Positions 47,416 through 55,318 of a DNA stretch of 64,000 nucleotides are shown one piece after another (position 1 is the first letter of the stretch; every line of letters starts with the position of its first letter). The notes beneath the pieces were generated by a model. The model was not told the origin of the DNA. It was given only the letters and a program-made list of their open reading frames with translations, and did no database searches. The stretch comes from Dehalococcoidia bacterium (lineage in GTDB: Bacteria > Chloroflexota > Dehalococcoidia > Lucifugimonadales > UBA1123): positions 2,488,806 through 2,552,805 of the forward strand of contig OZ220693.1 in assembly GCA_965116415.1 (NCBI GenBank), read 5' to 3'. The translations under genes were made by a program, and so were the position numbers.

Positions 47416-48438
47416 ATGCCCACCTTCATCTACGTAACCGCGGCCAGCGACGACCGCATTCACATATTCAGCCAGGACACCGACTCCGGCGCGCTCGAGC
47501 ATCTCGACGAAGTCGAGGCCCCGGGACGACCGGCGCCCCTGACCACCGACCCCAATCGCCTGTACCTGTACGTCGCCAGACGCGACGTCAACCAACTCTC
47601 CAGCTACCGCATCGACTCGGGCACCGGCGCGCTGACCCTCCTGGGTTCTGCGCCTCTGGAGTCCGACCCCAACTACCTCTCCACCGACAAGACCGGACGC
47701 TGGCTGCTCTCCGCCTACTACAACGCTGGCAGGTGCGCCGTGCATCCAATTGACGAGAACGGTGTCGTCAAGGCTCCGCCAGTTGAGTGGCGCGAGACGG
47801 GCAGGGGAGCCCACTGCATGCAGACCGACTCGTCCAACCGCTTCGCGTTCGTCCCCAGCATCGCTGGAGGCAACGGACCTAACACCATCTTCCAGTTCAG
47901 GTTCGACGACTCCACCGGCGAACTGACTCCGAACGATCCTCCGAACGTCCCCCAGGAAGGCGAGCTTGGTCCCCGCCACTACTGCTTCCACCCCTCGCTG
48001 GACGTGCTCTACTTCTCCAACGAACAGGGATGCAGCGTGACTGCGTACAACTTCGACCCGGACGCGGGCACGTTAACGGCGTTCCAGACGGTGCCCACGC
48101 TGCCGACCGGCTGGTCGGGCAGGAACTCGTGCGCGCAGATCCAGATCGCTCCCGACGGCGGGATGCTGTTCGCCCCGAATCGCGGACACGACAGCATCGC
48201 CTGCTTCGCTATCGACCCTGACTCCGGCAGCCTCGAGAGGACAGCCATAGTGCCCTCCGAGCGTGTGCCCAGGGCGCTCAGCCTCGATCCCACAGGCCAG
48301 TTCATGTACGCCGCCGGCCTCGACACCGGCAGGCTCGCCGCCTACAAGGTCAACCGGGCCTGGGGCGGCCTCGACCCCATAGCCCTGTACGATGTCGGCA
48401 CAGAACCCATGTGGGTGCTGCCTATCAGCTACCCTTGA
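47416..48438 (+). CDS. 7-bladed beta-propeller lactonase (6-phosphogluconolactonase / cycloisomerase-2 family)
   Basis: IYV...I..F..D..SG.L repeated blade pattern; GPRHYCFHPS; PRALSLDPTGQFMYAAG. Confidence 0.8.
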   Translation: MPTFIYVTAASDDRIHIFSQDTDSGALEHLDEVEAPGRPAPLTTDPNRLYLYVARRDVNQLSSYRIDSGTGALTLLGSAPLESDPNYLSTDKTGRWLLSAYYNAGRCAVHPIDENGVVKAPPVEWRETGRGAHCMQTDSSNRFAFVPSIAGGNGPNTIFQFRFDDSTGELTPNDPPNVPQEGELGPRHYCFHPSLDVLYFSNEQGCSVTAYNFDPDAGTLTAFQTVPTLPTGWSGRNSCAQIQIAPDGGMLFAPNRGHDSIACFAIDPDSGSLERTAIVPSERVPRALSLDPTGQFMYAAGLDTGRLAAYKVNRAWGGLDPIALYDVGTEPMWVLPISYP

Positions 48439-48546
48439 TTGCCGATGTCTCGATGTCCGGTTGCATCATTATTTTCACCTGTTAGAATGCATGAAATCAG
48501 GAGCATGTGTCTCCTTCGGCAAGGAGCAAAGCGAGAGGACGGAACA

Positions 48547-50721
48547 GTGAGAACGAGAAGATTTGTTTTGGTAGCGTTTTCGTTGATGGTGCTGTCCGTA
48601 CTGGCTGCGGCCTGTTCGAGCAGTGAGCCTGAGGCGGCTGCCCCCGCGCCCGCAGGAGCAACTGCGGCAGAAGTCCAGGCGGCCATGGATGCGGCCGTTC
48701 AGAAGGCAATGGAGTCCCAGCAGCAGGGTGCTTCGGCTGACGACGTTGCTGCCGCTGTCCAGTCAGCAATGGCAGCCCAGCCGGGCGTCACCCAGGCTGA
48801 CGTTGCTGACGCCATAGCTCAAGCGCTTGCTGCACAGCCCGGAGGAGTCACTGAAGCCCAGGTGGCGGGTGCGATTGCGAACGCTCTGGCTGAACAGCAG
48901 GGCACCACTGAGGCCCAGGTTGCCGACGCGATTGCCTCGGCTCTAAGGCAGCAGACCCCTGGCCTGACCGAAGCGCAGGTGAGTGAAGCAATCGCCAGTG
49001 CGCTTGCCGAAAGGCCCGGCGTCTCGCAGGCTGACATCCAGTCTGCGGTCGAAGCCGCTGTCGCCAAGGCTGTCCCAGCCGAAGATGAGTCCATGATGAT
49101 GATGGGCCCGAGTGGCAAGGTCACCGGCGCGGTCGTCAGCGTAGGGACTCCCAGCGGCTGGCCGACAGACTGCGTCTGGTGCGCGACCTTCCCGAACATC
49201 GGCGCGGGTGAAGTGCTTGTCACTGCTGCTCGCTCCACCACGGGCGCGTTCATCGCTGACCCATGGGTGGCAGAGTCCTGGACCCTCAACCTCGATGACA
49301 TGGACAACATGTACGTCGACTGGAAGATTCGCGAGGGCATCCAGTACCACCAGGGATGGGGTGAGCTGACCGCTGAAGACGTTGTCTACACCTACAACGC
49401 TGGCAACCCCGCCATTACCCCCGAGGCCGTGCACGATACGCTGCCGAGCCCGATGATCGGAAAGCTCGAGCTGCTCAGCAAGTACGTTGCCCGGATGTAT
49501 CTCAACTCATTCTCCGCAAACACCATTCTCTCCATCTCCGACCTCGGTGAGGGCGTGCCGATCATGTCCAGCCGCGTACAGGCCGAGAAGGGCACCGACT
49601 GGATGCGCCAGAACATCATCCTCTCGGGGCCGTTCGAGGTGCCTGAGTGGACGCAGCAGAAGGGTATCTACCTGGAAGCCCGCTCCGATGGTGAACACTG
49701 GAAGCAGATGCCGAGCATCGAGAGATTCGACATGATTGAGGTCCCTGAATCCGCCACCAGGAGGGCCATGCTCGAGAGCGGCCAGGCAGACATGGCCGAC
49801 ATCCCCATCAAGGACTGGGGCGCTCTCCTGGATGAAGGCATGGCAAAGTCGCAGGAAGGCGTCAGCAGCGCCCAGGGCGTCCTGTTCCAGGGTCACTACT
49901 GGGAGACAACGCATCCCAGGAACGGCGATGCGCTCGAGCGCATGGTTGACGACTCGAAGCCATGGATCTCCAAGATGGACGATATGGCAGGACGAGAGCG
50001 GGCGAGAGACGTTCGCGTTGCCATATCCCAGTGCGTGGACCGCGAAGCCATTCTAGACACCGTACTTGGTGGCCAGGGCAGGGTCGCGTACGTGCAGTAC
50101 ATCCACCCGGACACCGCACTCTACGCGAAGGTAGACGGGGACACCCGTTGGAGTATCCCGTTCGACTGTGAAGCCTCGAAGGCGCTCCTCGCCAAGCACG
50201 GTTACGAAGACGGGTTCACCATCAACGACTACTGGGCAGGCCCCAGCGGTGTCGTGGTGGAGATGGCAGAGGCCATGTCGGCCCAGTGGCTGTCTGAGCT
50301 CAATATCACCGTCGAGATCGACAGGCAGATCTACTCCACCTGGAGGCCTGGCCTGATATCACGCTCGGTGAACGGCATGCACGGAAGCTTCAACCCGAGG
50401 ACTGCTCCTCCGACATGGGCGAGCGAGTGGACGTGGAGCGCTGTGGCCTCGCCAGCCGGTTACAACTCCGGCAACGAGCTGCCCAAGGCGAGCGAGACGG
50501 TAATTGCCAAGGAAGCGACCACCAACCAGGAGGAGCTCGAGCAGCTCACGCTGGACTGGGTGGACTACATCTTCGAAGAGCGCTTCGGCTTCACCGTCGG
50601 CACCATGCCCAACAACACGATCTACAACCCAGAAGTGATCTCGTCGTGGGAGATGCGGCCGATGACCAACTTCAGGGTCGGCGGCATGAAGGCGCTCGAG
50701 AACATCATTCTCGCCAAGTAG
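48547..50721 (+). CDS. ABC transporter substrate-binding lipoprotein (family 5, peptide/nickel type) with a helical repeat extension of about 140 aa
   Basis: VRTRRFVLVAFSLMVLSVLAAC lipobox. Seven 19-22-aa units (TEAQVADAIASALxxQPG). SBP_bac_5-like GWGELTAEDVVYTYN. The ORF extends to 48439, with an alternative ATG at 48505. Confidence 0.8.
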   Translation: MRTRRFVLVAFSLMVLSVLAAACSSSEPEAAAPAPAGATAAEVQAAMDAAVQKAMESQQQGASADDVAAAVQSAMAAQPGVTQADVADAIAQALAAQPGGVTEAQVAGAIANALAEQQGTTEAQVADAIASALRQQTPGLTEAQVSEAIASALAERPGVSQADIQSAVEAAVAKAVPAEDESMMMMGPSGKVTGAVVSVGTPSGWPTDCVWCATFPNIGAGEVLVTAARSTTGAFIADPWVAESWTLNLDDMDNMYVDWKIREGIQYHQGWGELTAEDVVYTYNAGNPAITPEAVHDTLPSPMIGKLELLSKYVARMYLNSFSANTILSISDLGEGVPIMSSRVQAEKGTDWMRQNIILSGPFEVPEWTQQKGIYLEARSDGEHWKQMPSIERFDMIEVPESATRRAMLESGQADMADIPIKDWGALLDEGMAKSQEGVSSAQGVLFQGHYWETTHPRNGDALERMVDDSKPWISKMDDMAGRERARDVRVAISQCVDREAILDTVLGGQGRVAYVQYIHPDTALYAKVDGDTRWSIPFDCEASKALLAKHGYEDGFTINDYWAGPSGVVVEMAEAMSAQWLSELNITVEIDRQIYSTWRPGLISRSVNGMHGSFNPRTAPPTWASEWTWSAVASPAGYNSGNELPKASETVIAKEATTNQEELEQLTLDWVDYIFEERFGFTVGTMPNNTIYNPEVISSWEMRPMTNFRVGGMKALENIILAK

Positions 50722-50727
50722 CAGATC

Positions 50728-50751
50728 CAGGGTCGGGAAAACCCGACCCTG
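50728..50751 (+). terminator. perfect 10-bp stem/4-nt loop hairpin just after the SBP gene (attenuator or mRNA-stabiliser candidate; no U-tract)
   Basis: cagggtcggg aaaa cccgaccctg, starting 7 nt after the stop codon. Confidence 0.45.
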
Positions 50752-50929
50752 TCCGCACCCAATCTGTGGAGGGGTTGCCTTCGCGCCAGTCCCTCCACAG
50801 CGTTTATCTGGTGATTCGTCAACTCAGTTCTGGTGGTCACTAACGTTCGTCCTGAGCCTGTCGAAGGGAGCTTGCGGAAGGGCGGCCTGTAGACCATCAC
50901 AACTCGCCGGGACTAACGGAGGAGAGGCC

Positions 50930-51865
50930 ATTACCACATTCGTAATTCGTCGGTTCTTCACCTCCATTCTGGCGCTGATGGGTGCGACGATTATCATTTT
51001 CGCGGCCTCACGTGTGCTGGGCGATCCCACCGTGCTGTTTCTCCCGGAAGAAGGGTATGGGCTGGACGCTGCCGAGTTGGAGGCGGCGAGAGCGCGACTT
51101 CACCTGGACAAGCCGGTGCCGTTACAGTACGCATTCTGGGTGGCCGACATTGTCAGGGGAGACCTCGGACAGGACCTCGGCGACAGGCACCCGATCTCCA
51201 GCAAGCTCAGGGACAAGCTGCCACCCACGCTGAGGCTTGCGGTGGCCGCCTACATAATCTCCACGCTCATCGGCATTCCCCTCGGCGTGCTGTCGGCGGT
51301 CAAACGGGGATCTGTCTGGGACATTGCCGGTAGGACATTCGCCCTCCTCGGCCAGGCGCTGCCCATCTTCTGGGTGGGCATCTTGGGAATCCTGATATTC
51401 GCGGTGTGGCTGCAGCTCCTGCCCGCAGGTACACAGGGCGAGGGATTCTCGCTCAAGCACTACGTACTGCCCACGCTTACGCTTGCGTGGTTCCCTGCGG
51501 CTGGATACATGAGGCTCATGCGATCGGCGATGCTCGACGTTCTCGATTCCGAGTATGTAAAGCTTGCGCGCGCAAAGGGCGTTGGCGCGAACACCATCAT
51601 CTGGAAGCACGCTTTCAAGAACGCCGCAATCGCTCCCCTGACCTTCTCCGGGCTCCTGCTCGCCGGATTCGTCACGGGTTCCGTATCGGTAGAGGTCGTC
51701 TTCGGATGGCCCGGCATCGCCAGGCTCGCGGTGGAAGCGGTACAGACCAATAACCTGACCACGCTGTCGGTCATCACGCTTATGTTCACGCTGATCTACG
51801 TGGTGATGAACTTCATCGTGGACCTTATCTACGGCTTGATCGATCCTCGAATTCGCTACTCATAA
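50930..51865 (+). CDS. ABC transporter permease (DppB/OppB-like); probable non-canonical ATT start
   Basis: The first ATG/GTG/TTG in frame is 50978, but that would remove half of TM1 (ITTFVIRRFFTSILALMGATIIIFAAS). GGAGGAG (50918-50924) lies 5 nt before the ATT at 50930. Confidence 0.8.
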   Translation: MTTFVIRRFFTSILALMGATIIIFAASRVLGDPTVLFLPEEGYGLDAAELEAARARLHLDKPVPLQYAFWVADIVRGDLGQDLGDRHPISSKLRDKLPPTLRLAVAAYIISTLIGIPLGVLSAVKRGSVWDIAGRTFALLGQALPIFWVGILGILIFAVWLQLLPAGTQGEGFSLKHYVLPTLTLAWFPAAGYMRLMRSAMLDVLDSEYVKLARAKGVGANTIIWKHAFKNAAIAPLTFSGLLLAGFVTGSVSVEVVFGWPGIARLAVEAVQTNNLTTLSVITLMFTLIYVVMNFIVDLIYGLIDPRIRYS

Positions 51866-51881
51866 AGGGGTCCGGTAACTA

Positions 51882-51946
51882 CCCCTTCTTCCTCAATGGG
51901 AGAGGGCTGGAGCCTGCCCCGTACTTGATACGGGGGTGAGGGTGAA
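51882..51946. repeat. REP type-B unit between the two permease genes
   Basis: ccccttcttcctcaatgggagagggctggagcctgccccgtacttgatacgggggtgagggtgaa. Confidence 0.8.
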
Positions 51947-51982
51947 CGCCCGATCCTTTCAGCGCATAAAAGAGAAGGACTA

Positions 51983-52897
51983 ATGGCACAAGCGGCTCCG
52001 GAAACTACGCTAACGGGCAGAGGCAACCCTTTCGCCAGAGCCATTAACGCGTTTCGACGATGGCCGATAGTCTCTCTCGTCCTGATTTTCATCCTGTCCT
52101 TCGTGGCGATATTTGCGCCGCTGATCTCACCGGCGGACCCAATCAAGAGCAACATACGCGACAGAAACGCGCCGCCTTTCTGGTATACCGAGTGGTACGA
52201 GGAGAACCCGAAGGTTACGAAGACCTACATCCTCGGCGCCGACCCGATAGGTCGCGACGTGCTCAGCAGGCTGATCTATGGGGCCAGGGTCTCGATGATG
52301 GTGGTCGTGGTGGCCATGGTCAGCGGCACCGTCATCGGCACCGCGCTAGGGCTCGTAGCAGGCTACGCGGGAGGGATAACCGACGAGGTTATCACTCGTC
52401 TCGTCGACATATGGCTGGGACTGCCGTTCATTCTGCTCGCCCTGATTGTGGCGATCACCATCGGCGCGGGCCTGTATACCATGATGGGACTGCTCGCTGC
52501 CACGTCCTGGACTCCATTCGTGCGAAACGTGAGAGGCGAGGTGCTGACCCTCCGAGAGCGGGACTACGTGGCCCTGGCCAGGGTCGCCGGCGCGTCCCCG
52601 CTAAGGATTCTCATACGCCACATCCTGCCCGGTGTGACGAACACCGTGCTGGTCATCGCCACGCTGCGCATCGGTCAGCTCATTCTCACAGAGTCGTTCC
52701 TCAGCTTCCTGGGTGCAGGCATACCACCTCCGACACCAACCTGGGGCGCGATCATCGCCGACGGCCGGGAGTATCTCAGGGATGCCTGGTGGGTTTCGGT
52801 GTTCGCAGGGATCGCCATCGGCCTCACCGTCCTGGCCCTGAACTTCTTCGGCGACTGGATGCGAGACACCTTCGACCCCCGCCTCCGCCAGGTGTAA
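51983..52897 (+). CDS. ABC transporter permease (DppC/OppC-like)
   Basis: N-terminal TM after RRWPIVSLVLIFILSF. DPIGRDVLSRLIYGARVS. EAA-like region ARVAGASPLRILIRHILPG. Confidence 0.9.
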   Translation: MAQAAPETTLTGRGNPFARAINAFRRWPIVSLVLIFILSFVAIFAPLISPADPIKSNIRDRNAPPFWYTEWYEENPKVTKTYILGADPIGRDVLSRLIYGARVSMMVVVVAMVSGTVIGTALGLVAGYAGGITDEVITRLVDIWLGLPFILLALIVAITIGAGLYTMMGLLAATSWTPFVRNVRGEVLTLRERDYVALARVAGASPLRILIRHILPGVTNTVLVIATLRIGQLILTESFLSFLGAGIPPPTPTWGAIIADGREYLRDAWWVSVFAGIAIGLTVLALNFFGDWMRDTFDPRLRQV

Positions 52898-52920
52898 TTA
52901 TTCACGGATCGTCTGGAGGG

Positions 52921-53265
52921 ATGATGAGTAGGTTCCCTGACGCAGCTGCTCGCATGGCCGATTCAGTAGAGGGGTTTCACCGTCACTTCGGCATCGAGGC
53001 AGGCCGAGACGGGATTGACTTTCATTCGCGACTCACCCTGCTGATGGAAGAGGTCGGCGAACACGCCAACGCCATCAACAAGGGACATCCCATCGATGAG
53101 GTCCTGAAAGAGATGGCCGACATAGCCTACGTCGCCCTGGGCACGCTCGAGCTGGCAGGCGAAGACGGCGTGGACGCGATGCTGCACGTCGTGGACAAAA
53201 ACAACAGCAAGACCACCGCCACCCACGAACTGAACCCCAAGACCGGCAAGATCCTCAGATCCTGA
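52921..53265 (+). CDS. small MazG-like nucleoside-triphosphate pyrophosphohydrolase family protein
   Basis: This is the last 115 codons of ORF 52060..53265. LLMEEVGEHANAI....EMADIAYVALGT....VVDKNNSK follows the MazG-like EExxE / D-helix / NxxK pattern. Confidence 0.55.
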   Translation: MMSRFPDAAARMADSVEGFHRHFGIEAGRDGIDFHSRLTLLMEEVGEHANAINKGHPIDEVLKEMADIAYVALGTLELAGEDGVDAMLHVVDKNNSKTTATHELNPKTGKILRS

Positions 53266-53285
53266 CTAATCTGCGAGTTCGATAG

Positions 53286-53418
53286 GCCCCCTCTCCCTCA
53301 GAACCTGCCCCGTACTTGATCCCGGGGGCTCACAGGGGTAGGTATAGATGTGCAGACCGGTTCGAATACCAATCAAGGGCCCCCTCTCCCTAAGGGAGAG
53401 GGCTGGGGTGAGGGTGAA
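53286..53418. repeat. REP cluster (type-B unit plus C module, spacer, type-A unit)
   Basis: gccccctctccctcagaacctgccccgtacttgatcccgggggctcacaggggtaggtat ... ccccctctccctaagggagagggctggggtgagggtgaa. Confidence 0.85.
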
Positions 53419-53454
53419 TCTACGAGCCCCCTCTTGCTGGAACGCCGGCAGCCC

Positions 53455-53985
53455 TCAGTCCCCGACCTCTGTACCCACATCTCTCCAGTCGTCCATCATC
53501 AGGGCTTGAATCGGATAACCCATCGCAGTCGCCAGCCTCTGCACAGTCTCCAACCTCGGCGACTGCGACGCCGCTTCGATCCGAGCAATCGTAACCCTGC
53601 CCACCCCACTTAACTCAGCGAGTTCTCGCTGGGACAGGCCTGATCTACGTCTGAGCGAGCTCAGACGATCTGCGAACCTGCGCTGACCCTCAAGAGCAGT
53701 TCTGTCAGCGAGCTTCCTGTAGTCAACGTCCCCGACATGTCTGGCAAAGTCCCAGGGAATCTCCGCAACTTCACCGTGCCTGGTCCTGATGAGTATCTCA
53801 TAGGGATCGTCAAACTCGATGGAGTCAACGTCCGACAGCCCACGCACCTCTCTGATGCTGCCCCACGGCACAGCCGACACAATACCATCCGCAAAAGAGA
53901 TGTTCAGCCCCTCGCCGGATGTCTCGACGCTTATCATCATCTGGTTAGCATTCTGGACTCTGGTGACCTGTACCACGATTCTCAC
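53455..53985 (-). CDS. DUF2442-like N-terminal domain fused to an XRE-family helix-turn-helix
   Basis: LNISFADGIVSAVPW...EILIRTRHGEVAEIPWDF, then LRRRSGLSQRELAELSGVGRVTIARIEAASQSPRLETVQRLATAMG. An alternative Met start lies at 53940. Confidence 0.6.
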   Translation of the reverse strand: MRIVVQVTRVQNANQMMISVETSGEGLNISFADGIVSAVPWGSIREVRGLSDVDSIEFDDPYEILIRTRHGEVAEIPWDFARHVGDVDYRKLADRTALEGQRRFADRLSSLRRRSGLSQRELAELSGVGRVTIARIEAASQSPRLETVQRLATAMGYPIQALMMDDWRDVGTEVGD

Positions 53986-54126
53986 CTATGTCCTCAGTGG
54001 GCGACCGCAATCTCGCACCCGGGGTGCGAAGACTCATTGGCGCTCGTTCGCCGTCGAGGACACAGCACAAGCTCGCAGCTGATGCGGAGAATAAGCCTTC
54101 GGACAGGTCTCCTATTGGCCAACCAT

Positions 54127-55308
54127 TCATCCGCTCTTCCTAAAACGTAGAACCGATTCAGTTCTCATTCGAGCCGCCAATTGGTCATTTTCGGTGACCT
54201 GCGGGGGCGGCAGATATCTGTGTTCACAGGGAATCTCACGTGCATATCGATCTTCGAACGTAAACCCGGCGTCAGACGCCGCCTCTAAGATAATTCTCTC
54301 GGTGTCAACTTCAGTTCCTCGAAGAACTGAATTGCTGATCACATACACTGCATACCCATCTCGGCGTAGTACACGATATGCTTGCTTAAGGCAATTCTTC
54401 ATGTCTGAGATGTAGCGAACGACCATTCGCCTGATGTCGTTTGGCGGCTGACCGACCATTGCCAATCGGATGATCTCCCCCACCCTGTCAGTATCGTGTG
54501 CGTTGCGTTGACTACTTGCTCCAACACCTTGCGTTTTGACGTCGCGAATATGAGGAATGGAGTAGCCGAGCCAAACAAGGGCAAGTTTGTGACCACGCAA
54601 ATAATCAATGGCGTTCAGGTAGGGAGGGGAAGTAACAACTGCGTCGACAGATGCCGCCTTAATTCCACGCAGAGTCTTAGCATCGCCTCGACGAACTCTT
54701 CCATCGGATTCCACAGGTGAGCTCCTAAGAATCTGTAGGAGGCGTTCGAAAGATTTCGAGAACCCTACAAACACGTCAAAGTCGTTTTCTGTCCTTACCC
54801 TGTGAGGGCGGCTATGTGACGTGTCCGCCGCTACCGATGCTCCCTTTGATTTGGTAACAATGATTCGACTTAGTGCTAGATGGGCCAAATCTCTGCGTTG
54901 ACCTCGCAGTCTGCGACTAGCGGCGATCAATGCCCTGAGTTGTTGACGCTGTTCCGGAAGGAACCAGAAGTCTATATATTCGGCAGTTTGCTGGTCTCGG
55001 TCTATCCAAGGAAGTTCTACATCAGTATCAAATAAGGCTGAGGCCCTTTGGGCGATTTCCAAGCCTAACTGTGGCTGAATGGATTGCGGGATCTTCTTAG
55101 TCCACACTCTAGCCATAAGTACGGCTAGAGGATCGATATCAAGTCCGATTCCTGTATGGCCGCGGTCAAGCGCGCGACGCACAACCACGCCAGACCCGCA
55201 CATGGGATCCAGTACAGTACTTTTGGGTGGTAGTCCGGCAAGGGCGTTCAAAGCAACCTCGGACGCCATGCGAGCCGGAAATGGATGCACCGTTCTGGGA
55301 TATGCCAC
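54127..55308 (-). CDS. DNA methyltransferase (N4-cytosine or N6-adenine; motif I precedes motif IV)
   Basis: HPFPARM, VLDPMCGSGVV (AdoMet motif I) and VVTSPPYLNAIDY (motif IV). The ORF runs to a TTG at 55455 but would then overlap the upstream gene by 137 nt. The GTG at 55308 lies 11 nt after that gene's stop, with AGGTG upstream. Confidence 0.8.
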   Translation of the reverse strand: MAYPRTVHPFPARMASEVALNALAGLPPKSTVLDPMCGSGVVVRRALDRGHTGIGLDIDPLAVLMARVWTKKIPQSIQPQLGLEIAQRASALFDTDVELPWIDRDQQTAEYIDFWFLPEQRQQLRALIAASRRLRGQRRDLAHLALSRIIVTKSKGASVAADTSHSRPHRVRTENDFDVFVGFSKSFERLLQILRSSPVESDGRVRRGDAKTLRGIKAASVDAVVTSPPYLNAIDYLRGHKLALVWLGYSIPHIRDVKTQGVGASSQRNAHDTDRVGEIIRLAMVGQPPNDIRRMVVRYISDMKNCLKQAYRVLRRDGYAVYVISNSVLRGTEVDTERIILEAASDAGFTFEDRYAREIPCEHRYLPPPQVTENDQLAARMRTESVLRFRKSG

Positions 55309-55318
55309 TGACTCGCAC

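Noticed and set aside
52060-52920. 5' two-thirds of the 401-aa ORF 52060..53265
   Set aside because: It is an out-of-frame overlay of the DppC-like permease gene with an Arg/His-rich nonsense composition. Only the last 115 codons (52921..53265) look like a real MazG-like gene.
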